Origin: Planctomycetota bacterium
GTDB lineage: Bacteria > Planctomycetota > UBA1135 > UBA2386
Assembly (NCBI GenBank): GCA_021776805.1
Contig: JAJFFD010000088.1
Coordinates: 1 to 64,000 of the forward strand
DNA: 64,000 nt
Direction: 5' to 3'
How positions within the stretch are numbered: position 1 is the stretch's first letter; each line of letters opens with the position of its first letter. Of the stretch, positions 49,965 to 60,710 are shown in pieces. Both the position numbers and the translations under genes were made by a program. The notes below the pieces were generated by a model that was not told the origin of the DNA, did no database searches, and saw nothing but the letters and a program-made list of their open reading frames with translations.

Positions 49965-50757
49965 CCCAGCCCTGAGCATAGAGCTGCGGATACTCGGCTA
50001 GATAGCCGGGGTACCGGCCGCGGGCCATGGCGACCTCTTCCTGCCGAATCTCGACGCAGACCATGGGGTCCTCGGATTCGGCTAGAAACTCACCCTTGGG
50101 ATCGATAGCGACACTTGGCCCTCCCAATGCCACCCCTTGTTCAGGCGAAGGTCGGTTCACCGATAGTAGATAGGCACAACTAGTCATCGCATTGCTCGCA
50201 AGAACGATCCGCCAACGTGCATAGGTCGCGGCTTCGGTTGCTCTTGGTGCCAAAATGAGCGCGGCACCAGATGCGCCCAAGATCTGGCATCCCGCCGGGC
50301 GATTGATGTCCGAACAGATTTGCAGGCCGAGGGGAAGGCCAAGCCCATCGAAACGCTCGGCCGCTTGCTCCCCGGGCTCGTAGTGGCTGCTCTCCCAGAA
50401 GCCTTCCTCCTCCGGGAGGTGGACCTTGCGATAGCTATGCAGAAGCTCGCCCTGTGCGGAGTAGAGGAGAGCCGTGTTGTAACGGGCCCCGCTCTGTTCA
50501 TCCCTGAGGATGGCACCGCCGAGGAGGGCGACTCCGGCCTTGCGAGCCTGTTCAGCCATGATCTGCTGGCGAGGGCCATCCGTCCCCTCCGCGTCTTCCG
50601 CACGCACGCGCTTGCTCGCCGGTGACCAGGCATTGAGTGGGAGCTCCGGCAAAAGGACCAGATCGGCACCCTGTGACCTGGCGGCGCGTAGAGCTGCTCC
50701 CAACTGCTCCGCCACGCCCTTGCCAAAGAACACCTGAGAGACCATCGCCACAGTCAT
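49894..50757 (-). CDS. Carbon-nitrogen hydrolase (nitrilase superfamily)
   Basis: Glu-Lys-Cys triad context (LLPELPLNAW; ...YRKVHLPEEEGFWES; GLQICSDINRPAGC). The 3-prime end overlaps the convergent gene by ~70 nt. Confidence 0.8.
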   Translation of the reverse strand: MTVAMVSQVFFGKGVAEQLGAALRAARSQGADLVLLPELPLNAWSPASKRVRAEDAEGTDGPRQQIMAEQARKAGVALLGGAILRDEQSGARYNTALLYSAQGELLHSYRKVHLPEEEGFWESSHYEPGEQAAERFDGLGLPLGLQICSDINRPAGCQILGASGAALILAPRATEAATYARWRIVLASNAMTSCAYLLSVNRPSPEQGVALGGPSVAIDPKGEFLAESEDPMVCVEIRQEEVAMARGRYPGYLAEYPQLYAQGWANAPGRNLRQEGPADPQGTPEGQ

Positions 50758-50839
50758 CTTTGCGCTCATGCGAGGATTCTCGGCTCAGAGCTCATTTTTG
50801 CCAGTGCCCTCTGAGCTCCGTCTGGCGATCATCGGGACC

Positions 50840-51460
50840 ATGCTACTCCGCTACTTCGTCCTGCTCTCTTGCCTCCTCTGTGCTTGTAGCAACTTCGACC
50901 CATTGCTTGATCCTGATCGAGTGCATGTGGTCCTGGACACAGAACTTGGCGAGATAGAGATGGTTCTCCACCCAAAGCGAGCCCCCATCACGAGCGCAAA
51001 CTTCCTGCTCTATGTCGACGAGGGCCTCTACGATCAGGGTCGCTTCCACCGCGCCGTGACTCTCGATAATCAGCCGGACAAGAAAGTTCGCATTCAGGTT
51101 GTTCAGGCTGGAATCAACCCGCGGCGAAGGCTGGAAGGCTTTCCAGCCATCACCTTGGAACGCACAACCCGGACTGGCCTGCGACACCATGACGGCAGCG
51201 TCTCCATGGCGCGCTCAGGCCCGAACTCTGCCAGATCGGACTTTTTCATCTGCATTGGCAAGCAACCATCTCTCGACTTCGGCGGTGCGCGAAATCCGGA
51301 CGGGCAGGGCTTCGCCGCCTTCGGCAGCGTCATCAGGGGCATGGATGTCGTGCGCGCGATCCAAGCCGCCCCTAAAGAAAGACAGAACCTGCAACCGGCG
51401 ATCACCATCAAGTCAGCGCGTCGTAAGACGCCCCAAGAGGCTGAGGATGCAAAGAGATGA
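50840..51460 (+). CDS. Cyclophilin-type peptidyl-prolyl cis-trans isomerase (lipoprotein)
   Basis: Start at MLLRYFVLLSCLLCACS. Cyclophilin motifs (FHRAV...; SVSMARSGPNSARSDFFICIG; GFAAFGSVIRGMDVV). Confidence 0.85.
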   Translation: MLLRYFVLLSCLLCACSNFDPLLDPDRVHVVLDTELGEIEMVLHPKRAPITSANFLLYVDEGLYDQGRFHRAVTLDNQPDKKVRIQVVQAGINPRRRLEGFPAITLERTTRTGLRHHDGSVSMARSGPNSARSDFFICIGKQPSLDFGGARNPDGQGFAAFGSVIRGMDVVRAIQAAPKERQNLQPAITIKSARRKTPQEAEDAKR

Positions 51461-51485
51461 GTGTGAGCAGTCGAGGCGGAGCTGC

Positions 51486-51848
51486 CTAGCGGCGGAAACG
51501 GCGCAGCAGGCGCAGGAACCAATTTGGTTTATTGTGACGCGCTGGCTCCATTTTCGTCGCCTCGACAGCCTGCTCGATGACTTCGAGTCCACGCAGACGA
51601 TTGCCACCCCTTGGGTCCATGGCTGCGCTGAGGCGGTTGGAATCCCAGACCTCCCCCCCGCTAGCGGAACTCTGCTGCCGACCGCGCTCGAAGAGCCCGA
51701 GATCAACCGCTTGGGATCCTTCCTCCGTCAGCGCCCGATCGATCTCCGCCTTGTTCAACACCCGGGAGTAGCCCTTGTCGGACCGCTTGAACCGCCTGTA
51801 GTTGGACTTCATCGACAGCGAATCATATCGAAGTGCTTGCTGAGTCAA
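51486..51848 (-). CDS. Hypothetical small basic protein
   Basis: ORF only. No recognisable domain. Basic C-terminus (KPNWFLRLLRRFRR). Sits in an otherwise long intergenic region. Confidence 0.3.
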   Translation of the reverse strand: MTQQALRYDSLSMKSNYRRFKRSDKGYSRVLNKAEIDRALTEEGSQAVDLGLFERGRQQSSASGGEVWDSNRLSAAMDPRGGNRLRGLEVIEQAVEATKMEPARHNKPNWFLRLLRRFRR

Positions 51849-52035
51849 AGCCAGTGCTTTTTCAGCAAACTACTCTGAGAGGCCTCAAGACCCGGGTTTA
51901 GCGCCTATCGGCCGGTCTCGACCAAGCTACGAGGCCTGAAGAATCGGGCTTTCTCGTTACCCGCAAATCCTGGGCCGGGGCTTGCGTTGCTTGCCCGCAT
52001 CGAGATAGAACCTGCGACCTTCCTCATCCGAAACC

Positions 52036-52158
52036 ATGACCAAGCTGAACGAGAGCCTGCCCCGGACACGATTGTCAGAGCGTGCTCGCCTTCTTATTGG
52101 CATGGGCCTCGGGCTCGTGGTGCTTAGGGCCATCGAGACCGACAGGCCCAGCGGGTGA
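52036..52158 (+). CDS. Candidate Leu-rich leader peptide of the leu operon (40 aa)
   Basis: atg at 52036, tga at 52156. MTKLNESLPRTRLSERARLLIGMGLGLVVLRAIETDRPSG has 8 Leu in 40 aa, including ctt x3 and ttg (likely rare codons in this GC-rich genome). Ends 23 nt before a terminator hairpin. No strong SD. Confidence 0.35.
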   Translation: MTKLNESLPRTRLSERARLLIGMGLGLVVLRAIETDRPSG

Positions 52159-52180
52159 CGGACACCAGCCGTAACGGAAG

Positions 52181-52213
52181 GGCCTGTCACCTGAGGGGGT
52201 GCAGGCCTTTTTT
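52181..52213 (+). terminator. Intrinsic terminator/attenuator hairpin immediately upstream of leuA
   Basis: GGCCTG(T)CACC - tgagg - GGTGCAGGCC followed by TTTTTT (52208-52213), 20 nt before the leuA ATG. The 5-prime arm (cctgtcac) can alternatively pair with gtgacgg at the leader stop region (52152-52160). Confidence 0.55.
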
Positions 52214-52233
52214 CGTTGCCCCACGAAAGAGAC

Positions 52234-53868
52234 ATGATGGAGCAATCCAAACAAGCCAACGACAGCAACCGATCTTCAAAGGATCGTTTGATTATCTTCG
52301 ACACGACCCTGCGGGACGGCGAACAGGCCCCCGGCTTCAAGATGGACAGCCAGGAAAAGCTTCGTCTTGCCGAGGCGATCGCAAGACTGGGAGTCGATGT
52401 CATCGAGGCAGGATTTCCAGCCGCTTCACCTGGAGACTTCGAATCGGTGCGCGAGATCTCTGCGCAGATTCGCAGTACCAGTATCGCCGCTCTGGCTCGC
52501 TGCCATGAGCCGGACATCGAGCGATCCTGGGAGGCACTCTCCGCCGCGGAGAAGCCGCGTATCCACGTCTTCCTGGCAACTAGCGCCATTCATCGGGAAT
52601 ACAAACTGAAGATGGCAAAGGGTGAGATCCTGCGCCGCACGGCCGAGTCGGTCGCCTTCGCCCGTAAGCTCTGCCCTGATGTCGAGTTCTCCGCGGAGGA
52701 CGCAGCCAGAACCGAACCCGAGTTTCTCTCTGAAGTGATCGAAGCAGCCATCGAAGCTGGTGCAAGCACGGTCAACATTCCAGACACGGTCGGCTACGCG
52801 GTTCCTGAGGAGTTTGCTGAACTCATCAACCAAGTCCGTGCAAGGGTGCGCAACATTGAGCAAGCGATCATCAGCGTTCATTGTCACGATGACCTGGGAA
52901 TGGCGGTTGCAAACAGTCTGGCGGCGGTCAGCGCCGGTGCGCGCCAGGTGGAATGCACGATCAATGGGATTGGCGAGCGCGCCGGTAATTGTTCCCTCGA
53001 GGAAATCGCAATGGCGGTCAGAACACGGCCGCAGATCTACGGCGTGATCACGAGCATCGACAGCACCAAACTCTGCGCAACGAGCCGACTACTCACTTCA
53101 ATCACCGGTGTGCAGGTACAACCGAACAAGGCAATCGTCGGCGCCAACGCATTTGCCCATGAAGCTGGAATTCATCAGCATGGCGTCATGCAGCACCGCG
53201 AAACCTACGAGATCATGCGTGCCGAGGACGTTGGCTTCACAGGCGAACAACTGGTGCTAGGCAAGCACAGCGGCCGCCATGCGCTTATGAAACGCGTCAA
53301 TGAACTTGGCTTCGACATCAATGAGGAGGATGCCGCCCAGTTGTTCGTGAACTTCAAGAATCTGGCCGACAAGAAGCCACAGATTCTGGATGCAGACCTT
53401 GAAGCTCTCCTCCTCGACCTGACGCACGTGCAGCGTGGCCCGTGGAGCCTGGCGACCATGCAATGCAGCAGCGGCACGGAAAGCATGCCAACAGTCAGCG
53501 TCCGCCTGCAACACACGGACGGCAGCACAAAGCAAGAGGCGGCAGTCGGCGACGGCCCCGTTGACGCGACCTTCAAAGCCATCTTGCGGGCCGCAGGCCT
53601 GGACGATGGCAGCTCAACGGCGAGCTTGGCGGACTATGGCGTCCGCAGCCTTACTACCGGCGAGGACGCCCAGGGCCAGGCCACCGTGCACTGCGAGTAT
53701 CAGGGCAGCGTCCTGCGTGGCCGCGGCCTGAGCACGGACATCATCGAAGCCAGCGCGCACGCCTTCATAGACGTCGTCAACCAAATCGAATCCAAGTCAT
53801 CCGCAGGTCGAGGAGAAGCAGAGTGGCAATCCAAGAATCCAAGTACATCTGGCACAACGGCGAGCTGA
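52234..53868 (+). CDS. leuA: 2-isopropylmalate synthase
   Basis: [16 protein letters not shown] and full-length LeuA similarity including the C-terminal regulatory domain. ATG at 52234 preferred over the track TTG at 52216. Confidence 0.95.
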   Translation: MMEQSKQANDSNRSSKDRLIIFDTTLRDGEQAPGFKMDSQEKLRLAEAIARLGVDVIEAGFPAASPGDFESVREISAQIRSTSIAALARCHEPDIERSWEALSAAEKPRIHVFLATSAIHREYKLKMAKGEILRRTAESVAFARKLCPDVEFSAEDAARTEPEFLSEVIEAAIEAGASTVNIPDTVGYAVPEEFAELINQVRARVRNIEQAIISVHCHDDLGMAVANSLAAVSAGARQVECTINGIGERAGNCSLEEIAMAVRTRPQIYGVITSIDSTKLCATSRLLTSITGVQVQPNKAIVGANAFAHEAGIHQHGVMQHRETYEIMRAEDVGFTGEQLVLGKHSGRHALMKRVNELGFDINEEDAAQLFVNFKNLADKKPQILDADLEALLLDLTHVQRGPWSLATMQCSSGTESMPTVSVRLQHTDGSTKQEAAVGDGPVDATFKAILRAAGLDDGSSTASLADYGVRSLTTGEDAQGQATVHCEYQGSVLRGRGLSTDIIEASAHAFIDVVNQIESKSSAGRGEAEWQSKNPSTSGTTAS

Positions 53869-54755
53869 AGGACTGGCACGCCGCCACAGTGCACGTGCTT
53901 ACCCATGCACTTCACTATGGCTCCTCGATTTTCGAGGGGATGCGCTTCTACGCCACTGAGAAGGGCCCATGCATTTTCCGCCTAGACTGTCATTTGAAGC
54001 GCTTCTATGAGTCGGCCGGATTCTATCGCATGCCCCTCAACATCGAATTGGCGCAACTGCGAGAGGTTTGCCTGCAAGTGATTCGCGCCAACGAACTCGA
54101 GTCTGGTTATCTACGCCCCCTCGCATTCCATGGCTATGGCAGCCTGGGTGTGGATCCCGGCGATCGCCCGGCCGAGCTCATGGTTGCGGCAATCGCCATG
54201 GGCCTCTATCTCGGAGCTGAGTCCAGGGAGAAGGGTGTCGATGTCTGTGTGTCTTCCTGGCAACGGGTGGCGCCAAATACGATTCCTGCTGCCGCAAAAG
54301 CTGGCGGCAACTATCTGTCCAGCCAACTCATCCACATGGAGGCCGTGCGCAATGGCTACACCGAAGGGATCGGTCTGCTGCAGGATGGCAGCGTCGGCGA
54401 AGGCTCTGGGGAGAACATCTTCTTGGTCCGCGAGGGCAAGCTCTACACGCCGCAATTGAGCGACTCGATTCTCGCGGGCATCACTCGAGACAGCGTGATT
54501 CAACTTGCCAGAGACATGGGCCACGAAGTAGTCGAGACCAGCATCCCGCGCACGATGCTGCACAACTCAGAAGAGATCTTCTTTACCGGCACTGCCGCCG
54601 AGATCACTCCGGTGCGTACCGTGGATCGCGATCCCGTCGGATCTGGAAAGCGTGGCCCACTCACCAAGACCATCCAAGACGCCTTCTTTGGGCTCTTTGA
54701 CGGCAGCACGGAAGACCGACGGGGATGGCTTACAGCAGTCGGAGGCAATGCTTGA
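53823..54755 (+). CDS. ilvE: Branched-chain amino acid aminotransferase
   Basis: N-terminal [32 protein letters not shown] (IlvE hallmark). Overlaps the leuA 3-prime end by 46 nt. Confidence 0.9.
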   Translation: MAIQESKYIWHNGELKDWHAATVHVLTHALHYGSSIFEGMRFYATEKGPCIFRLDCHLKRFYESAGFYRMPLNIELAQLREVCLQVIRANELESGYLRPLAFHGYGSLGVDPGDRPAELMVAAIAMGLYLGAESREKGVDVCVSSWQRVAPNTIPAAAKAGGNYLSSQLIHMEAVRNGYTEGIGLLQDGSVGEGSGENIFLVREGKLYTPQLSDSILAGITRDSVIQLARDMGHEVVETSIPRTMLHNSEEIFFTGTAAEITPVRTVDRDPVGSGKRGPLTKTIQDAFFGLFDGSTEDRRGWLTAVGGNA

Positions 54756-56176
54756 TGTCAGCTGCCGCAAAGACACTGCTCGACAAGATTTGGGAGCAGC
54801 ACATCGTCAGCCCGGAGACCGCAGCAGAACCGGCCATTCTGTATGTCGATCTACATCTCATCCATGAAGTGACCTCGCCACAGGCCTTTGCCGAGCTTGA
54901 GAGTAGAGGGATCAGTCTGCGCCATCCGGAGCGCTGCCTGGCAACCATGGATCACTCGACGCCAACCCTGGCGCAATTGCCCGGAGGTGGCTGGGCGGAG
55001 ATCGATGGCAGTGCCGCCAAACAGCTCAAGACACTGGAGGAAAATTGCCGGCAGCATGGGATTCAACTCCTGGGCCTGGACAGCCCGGATCGAGGCATCG
55101 TGCATGTGGTTGGCCCGGAACTGGGCGCCACCCAACCAGGCATGACCATCGTCTGTGGCGATAGTCACACCAGCACCCACGGGGCATTCGGAGCGCTTGC
55201 CTTCGGCATCGGCAGCACGGAGATCTCCCATGTGCTGGCCTGTCAGGCGCTCTTGCAACGCAAGCCCAGGTCCATGGCTGTGACTCTCAGCGGCAGACCC
55301 GGGCCCGGGACCAGCGCGAAGGATCTGGTCCTGGCGATTCTGGCCAGAATAGGTGTCGACGGTGGCACCGGCCATGTCCTCGAGTTTCGTGGTGAGGCTC
55401 TGGCGAGTCTTTCCATGGCTGGAAGAATGACAGTCTGCAACATGGCCATCGAGGCCGGTGCACGTGCCGGCATGATTGCAGCTGACGCGACAACCTACGC
55501 TTATCTGGAGGGCCGCCCAAAGTCGCCCGTGGGCAAGGCTTGGGAGGCTGCCCTTGAAGGCTGGTCCAAGATGCACAGTGACCCAGCCGCCAGCTTTGAT
55601 CGTGAAGTGCATGTGGATGTGAACAACCTGGCCCCCATGGTGACCTACGGAACCAATCCGGGCATGGTCATCCCAATCGATGAACGTATTCCACAACCTG
55701 AAGACGAGAGCGCTGCGAAGGCTCTCGAGTACATGAATCTCCGCGCGGACGATCAGATCCTTGGTAAGCCAATCGACCTGGCCTTTATCGGCAGCTGCAC
55801 CAATTCACGGATCGAAGACCTGCGGGAAGCCGCTTCCATCATGCAGGGCCGACAGATCTCTTCTCGCGTCCGCACTTTGATTGTTCCCGGTTCGGAGAGC
55901 GTGAAGCGGCAGGCGGAATCGGAGGGCTTGGACAAGGTCTTCCTAGCCGCTGGTGCTGAATGGCGCGAACCCGGATGTTCCATGTGTATCGCCATGAACG
56001 GTGACCGGGCGGAACCTGGCCAGTACGTCATGAGTACTAGTAATCGCAATTTTATCGGACGCCAGGGCAAGGGCTCACGCACCTATCTGGCCAGCCCACT
56101 GACCACCGCCAGCGCTGCCATCTGCGGAGAGATTCGTGATCCGCGCGAGCTTCTCCGCGAGGAGATGAGTCGATGA
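54755..56176 (+). CDS. leuC: 3-isopropylmalate dehydratase large subunit
   Basis: Aconitase-family motifs ([18 protein letters not shown]; Cys ligands). Start at [13 protein letters not shown] with an ATGA overlap with the ilvE stop. Confidence 0.95.
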   Translation: MSAAAKTLLDKIWEQHIVSPETAAEPAILYVDLHLIHEVTSPQAFAELESRGISLRHPERCLATMDHSTPTLAQLPGGGWAEIDGSAAKQLKTLEENCRQHGIQLLGLDSPDRGIVHVVGPELGATQPGMTIVCGDSHTSTHGAFGALAFGIGSTEISHVLACQALLQRKPRSMAVTLSGRPGPGTSAKDLVLAILARIGVDGGTGHVLEFRGEALASLSMAGRMTVCNMAIEAGARAGMIAADATTYAYLEGRPKSPVGKAWEAALEGWSKMHSDPAASFDREVHVDVNNLAPMVTYGTNPGMVIPIDERIPQPEDESAAKALEYMNLRADDQILGKPIDLAFIGSCTNSRIEDLREAASIMQGRQISSRVRTLIVPGSESVKRQAESEGLDKVFLAAGAEWREPGCSMCIAMNGDRAEPGQYVMSTSNRNFIGRQGKGSRTYLASPLTTASAAICGEIRDPRELLREEMSR

Positions 56177-56751
56177 GCGAAGCTCTCGTCACGGTCCGCT
56201 CACCCATTCTGGTCCTGCCGGCAACCAACATCGACACGGACCAGATCATCCCCGCGCGCTTCTTGACCACGACAAGTCGCTCAGGTCTTGGTATGCACGC
56301 CTTTGCTGATTGGCGCTATGGCCCCGATGGTCAACCGAATCCGACCTGTAGCCTGAACGATCCACGCGCACAGGACTGCAAGATCCTCGTTGCTGGTGAC
56401 AACTTTGGCTGCGGCTCCTCGCGTGAGCACGCCCCCTGGGCTCTTCATGACCTGGGCTTCCGCGTCATTATCAGCTCCTCCATAGCGGACATTTTTCGCA
56501 ACAATGCGGTGAAGAACGGCCTCCTACCAATTGAGCTGCCAGCCCATGCGATGCGCGTCCTCCTCGATTCAGCCTGGGGCGAGCTCGAAGTAGATCTGCT
56601 GGGCTCATGCGTCCACATGCCTGACGGAAGCAAGCTGAGCTTCGCAATCGACGCCTTCGCCCGCCACTGCCTGCTCGAAGGGCTCGACGAACTCGGCTAC
56701 CTACTGAGCAGAGAGGATGCCATCACCGCCTTCGAACAGCGCCTTGGCTAG
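56173..56751 (+). CDS. leuD: 3-isopropylmalate dehydratase small subunit
   Basis: Aconitase swivel domain ([21 protein letters not shown]). Confidence 0.95.
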   Translation: MSEALVTVRSPILVLPATNIDTDQIIPARFLTTTSRSGLGMHAFADWRYGPDGQPNPTCSLNDPRAQDCKILVAGDNFGCGSSREHAPWALHDLGFRVIISSSIADIFRNNAVKNGLLPIELPAHAMRVLLDSAWGELEVDLLGSCVHMPDGSKLSFAIDAFARHCLLEGLDELGYLLSREDAITAFEQRLG

Positions 56752-57410
56752 TTGTCGACCACCAGGATGTGGACCGCTCTAGGGCCGTGCACTCCAGTCA
56801 CCAGCACGCCTTCGATATCAGCGGTCTTGCTCGGGCCGGTAACGAAGACCTGCGCGGTCGCTAGCTCGGATTCTCCGGTTGCGGTGAAGAAGTCCACCAG
56901 ATCGGGCAGGATTTGTTCCCGGTATAGAATCGCCAGGTGAATGGGCGGCACCAGGTGTGCGCCGCGACTTCGACCAGCCGCGGAGTTTAGAATCAAGCTG
57001 CCGGTTTCGGCCACCCCGTGGCACACATCGGTGATACCTATATCCACGTCATATTGCGCCGCAATGCCCCTGCTCATCGTAGTATCTCTCGCCTCGCAGC
57101 CCGCAGAATGCATGGCCCTGAGCACCAGTGACCTGAGCTGCCCATCGGCCAGGCTCAGGCAGGCGCTTACCGGCGCGAGCTCGGACAACAGTCGGCTCAT
57201 TTCCAACTCCAAGCTTTCTGCCTGCACCAATCGCGGCTGCATTCCAAGCCCGGCAGCTTCCTGCATGAATCGGGCCAGCAGGTCCTCCTCAGGCCCCACC
57301 AGGCGCAGCAATTCGTGATCGACAGAGAGGTCTTCAGCAGCGGGCGAGGTTGCCGGTCCTAGCCTGGCCAAGAAGTGCTCCCGTGACGTACCTTCAACCA
57401 TTCTTTCCAA
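56748..57410 (-). CDS. lutC: Lactate utilization protein C (LUD domain, YkgG family)
   Basis: LUD/DUF162 fold. Third gene of a lutABC-ordered operon. Confidence 0.75.
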   Translation of the reverse strand: MERMVEGTSREHFLARLGPATSPAAEDLSVDHELLRLVGPEEDLLARFMQEAAGLGMQPRLVQAESLELEMSRLLSELAPVSACLSLADGQLRSLVLRAMHSAGCEARDTTMSRGIAAQYDVDIGITDVCHGVAETGSLILNSAAGRSRGAHLVPPIHLAILYREQILPDLVDFFTATGESELATAQVFVTGPSKTADIEGVLVTGVHGPRAVHILVVDN

Positions 57411-58875
57411 CTCCGCACTCGGACTTCCATAGCTGCCGGAAACTTCGCCTCGCAGGCATCGGCAGGTCCCGATCCATTGACCATGCTTTCATGGGCCAGG
57501 GCAGCCGCATTAGCCATCGTCTGTCGCCAGCCTTTCCGGATTGCCGTGAACTCAGGAGGCCCAGGGCAATTCGCCCCATCCTGGAGCCCATGCGAAACAG
57601 CAAGGCCGAGCGCATGGACTTAGCCCAGAGTCGGTAGGCCAGGCGTTCTCGCCAACCGACGATCTGTTGTTCTATCTGGGCCCGTCGCAGAGATACAAAA
57701 TGCTTGGGTAGGTCGATATCAACCGGGCAGGCTTCGTGACAAGCACCACAGAGAGAACTGGCCTGAGGGAGGTCTGGATAGTTCTCCAAGCCGCGCAGCA
57801 GAGGAGTCAGGGCCGCACCGATGGGCCCGGAGTAGACTGCGCCATAGGCATGACCACCACCGACAGCACGAAACACCGGGCAGGCGTTGAGGCATGCCCC
57901 GCAGCGAATGCAGGCGAGCAGCTCGCTCTGATCACTGGCAAGCACCTTGCTTCGCCCATTGTCCAGGAGGATGAAATGAAGTTCCTCCGGGCCGTCCGGA
58001 TCTGAACTTCGCCGTGGACCGGAAATGATGTTGGTGTAGACGGTCAAGTCCTGCCCGGTACCGCTCCGGGCGAGGAGCTTCAGGAAGAATGGCAGGTCCG
58101 AGAGCCGAGGGATGACCTTTTCGATGCCCGCGAATACCACGTGCACCCGGGGGCTGGTCACGCTGAGCCCTGCATTGCCTTCGTTGGTGCAGAGCACCAA
58201 GGAGCCGCTCTCAGCAATCAGGAAATTAGCGCCACTGATGCCCAAGTCGGCATGACGGAACTTGTCCCGCAAGTAGCTTCGGGCGATCGCCGTAAGTTTC
58301 GAAGGATCCTCCGAGTACTCGACTTGGAGTTCGCGCTGCATGGCCCGTCCGGCGGCACGACGGTCCTTGTGGATCATTGGGGTAACGATGTGCGAGGGCG
58401 CATCCCGATCCAGTTGCACGATGAATTCCCCCAGATCGGTTTCAACGGTCTCCACTCCAGCGTCTTCGAGATCGCGTACCAAGAACGCTTCTTCGGTGAC
58501 CATCGACTTGCTCTTCACGCAGAGCCGCGCACCCTCAGCCTTGGCGATTGCCACGCAAATCCTATTGGCCTCCTGAGAATCGCTGGCGAAATGGACCTTC
58601 CCCCCAAGGCCCTCAACAGCCCCTGCGAATTTATCGATGTAATGCCGCAGGTTGTCCAGGCAGTGGGCCTTGATGCGTGCGGCTTCACGTTTGATGGCGG
58701 GATAGCGCTCGGCAAAACTATTGGCGAACACCTCCTTGCGCAGGACATCCTTGGCCGCAGTGGTACTTGTCACAGCCGTTCGCATGGCATCGTCAGCCAT
58801 CGCCTTGTCAATCCGCGCGCCCATTAGGTAGGGCAGTTTCGGATCTAGCAGGTGTCGTTGCTGGTCATCGCTCAC
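57394..58875 (-). CDS. lutB: Lactate utilization protein B (iron-sulfur, YkgF family)
   Basis: LUD domain plus two 4Fe-4S motifs (CIRCGACLNACPV; CGACHEACPV). Confidence 0.9.
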   Translation of the reverse strand: MSDDQQRHLLDPKLPYLMGARIDKAMADDAMRTAVTSTTAAKDVLRKEVFANSFAERYPAIKREAARIKAHCLDNLRHYIDKFAGAVEGLGGKVHFASDSQEANRICVAIAKAEGARLCVKSKSMVTEEAFLVRDLEDAGVETVETDLGEFIVQLDRDAPSHIVTPMIHKDRRAAGRAMQRELQVEYSEDPSKLTAIARSYLRDKFRHADLGISGANFLIAESGSLVLCTNEGNAGLSVTSPRVHVVFAGIEKVIPRLSDLPFFLKLLARSGTGQDLTVYTNIISGPRRSSDPDGPEELHFILLDNGRSKVLASDQSELLACIRCGACLNACPVFRAVGGGHAYGAVYSGPIGAALTPLLRGLENYPDLPQASSLCGACHEACPVDIDLPKHFVSLRRAQIEQQIVGWRERLAYRLWAKSMRSALLFRMGSRMGRIALGLLSSRQSGKAGDRRWLMRLPWPMKAWSMDRDLPMPARRSFRQLWKSECGVGKNG

Positions 58876-59624
58876 GCCTGAGCCTCGTCTGGGGCGAGGA
58901 GACCGAGACCCTCTGCCAAGATTTCAGCATAGCTGAGAGTTCGGATAGGTAGACCGCGGCGATGACAGGCGCCCAGCAAGCTCAAGCTGCATCCAGCATC
59001 GTTGCTGATCAAGAAGTCTGCACCGGTACGCTCGATGCTGGCTAGTTTCTCCCGCACCATTGTGCTCGAAATCTTGGGATACTTCAGAGCAAAGGTGCCG
59101 CCAAAGCCACAGCAGTCGCTGGCCTTGTCCATGGGCCGGATATCCAAACCATCGACTCCAGCGAGGTAGGAAGGGCAGGGATCAGACCCAAGACTGCGAA
59201 GATGACAAGACGGATGGTAAGTCGCGACTCCCTGCCATGGGATCCCCAGGTCTTCGGGTTTCAGGGCAAGCACTCGGTCAAGAAACTCAATGAACTCGAA
59301 TGTCTTTGCCGCCAACGCCCGAGCTGCTTCAGCATCCGGAGAATCTTGGGAGAAGAGATCCGGGAACTTCTCGCGGACCATCGCCGCACAGGACGCCGAG
59401 TTTGTGACGACATACTCGAATCCATCAAAGACCCCTACCATGCGGCGCGCCAGACTGCTTGCCTCAGGGTGAAAGCCATTGTTGAACATTGCTTGCCCAC
59501 AGCAGGTTTGAGACTCTGGATAGATCACCTCATGCCCCAGGTGTCGCAGTACCCTGGCAAGAGCAAGCGCAGAGCGCGGGAAGAAACTATCCGTAAGACA
59601 GGTAATAAAGACTGCGACTTGCAT
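58872..59624 (-). CDS. lutA: Lactate utilization protein A (CCG-domain Fe-S oxidoreductase, YkgE family)
   Basis: Two cysteine-rich CCG motifs (CCGQAMFNNGF; CCGFGGTFALKYP). Confidence 0.9.
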   Translation of the reverse strand: MQVAVFITCLTDSFFPRSALALARVLRHLGHEVIYPESQTCCGQAMFNNGFHPEASSLARRMVGVFDGFEYVVTNSASCAAMVREKFPDLFSQDSPDAEAARALAAKTFEFIEFLDRVLALKPEDLGIPWQGVATYHPSCHLRSLGSDPCPSYLAGVDGLDIRPMDKASDCCGFGGTFALKYPKISSTMVREKLASIERTGADFLISNDAGCSLSLLGACHRRGLPIRTLSYAEILAEGLGLLAPDEAQA

Positions 59625-59834
59625 GCTCTTGGAGCTAGCGCCTCATGCCCAAACCAATACCGAGCTGGATGATGTTGCTGTCCTGCAGGGTATACCAGGT
59701 CACCGTCTGAGCCGCCAAAACCTGCCCGAAGATGCTCACTGGCCAGGTCAGACAGAGGCGACCAGGCTAGGGAAGCATTGCGAAGGATGGTTTCATTCTG
59801 GCTCCACGTCGTTTGCCGTCTAGGATTTCGTGCC

Positions 59835-60638
59835 ATGCCTCTATCCAAGTCGGAGCAGCTCGACAGGACGCTCGTCGAGGAGATCCGAGGGACCATCGGC
59901 TCCGGCCGAGTCCTCGATCTCCCGGCAGGAGACTGCAATCTGAGCAAGCAGCTTGCCGAGACTGGTTTTCAAGTCACTCCATCGGACTTGTTTCCAGAAG
60001 TTTGCGACTGGGATCGTTCGGAAGTTGTTCAAGCGGACATGAATTCGACTTTGCCTTTCGAGGACGATTGCTTCGATGGCATCGTGAGCCAAGAAGGGGT
60101 CGAGCATTTGGAGAATCTGGCGTCCTTCTTCCGCGAGTGCCGACGCATTCTGAAACCTGGCGGCTATCTGTGGATCACTACTCCGAACTTCATGGATCTC
60201 AGCAGCAGGTTCAGCCAGTTTCTGTCCGGGATGAAGAGCTTTCGCGCCGGTTTCCCTAACGAGGAGACCACAGTATGGAGCAGCAGTGACAAGCGGCTCT
60301 ATCACGGCCACGCTTTTGCCTTGCCCTTCTTCCAGATTCGATACCTTCTCCGCCTGGCTCAGTTTGATGATATCCGGCTACGGGGCTTCAATCGCAGTGG
60401 CACCTCAGTCTTGCTATATCCTTTCCTCCGCCTGGCATCAGGCCCGCTCATCAGTCTGGCCCAGCGACGGCATAGGTCACAGGACAAGCGGCGCGCTGCC
60501 TCCGAGAACCTCTACACGGAACTGCGCGGCCATGCTCTGTCGAGCGAACTGCTCTTGCACAAGAAGATCATGGTTCGCGCGAAGCTCGCAGAAGGCTCCT
60601 TCGAAGCTCCAGAAGCCAACGGCAGCAGCAGTTCCTGA
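59835..60638 (+). CDS. Class I SAM-dependent methyltransferase
   Basis: Start at MPLSKSEQ. Motif I VLDLPAGDC, motif II FDGIVS, post-II LKPGGYLWITTPN. Confidence 0.6.
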   Translation: MPLSKSEQLDRTLVEEIRGTIGSGRVLDLPAGDCNLSKQLAETGFQVTPSDLFPEVCDWDRSEVVQADMNSTLPFEDDCFDGIVSQEGVEHLENLASFFRECRRILKPGGYLWITTPNFMDLSSRFSQFLSGMKSFRAGFPNEETTVWSSSDKRLYHGHAFALPFFQIRYLLRLAQFDDIRLRGFNRSGTSVLLYPFLRLASGPLISLAQRRHRSQDKRRAASENLYTELRGHALSSELLLHKKIMVRAKLAEGSFEAPEANGSSSS

Positions 60639-60710
60639 AGAGCATTTTGGCACGAAGCCCTAGTCCCCCCTTGCGGAGCCAGGGGAGAGGCGGAGAATCC
60701 TCGGAGAACC

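Noticed and set aside
51957-52589. 210-aa minus-strand ORF across the leuA leader/start
   Set aside because: Antisense to leuA and the candidate leader. No motif. GC-frame artefact.
54851-55696. 281-aa minus-strand ORF inside leuC
   Set aside because: Antisense to a highly conserved gene.
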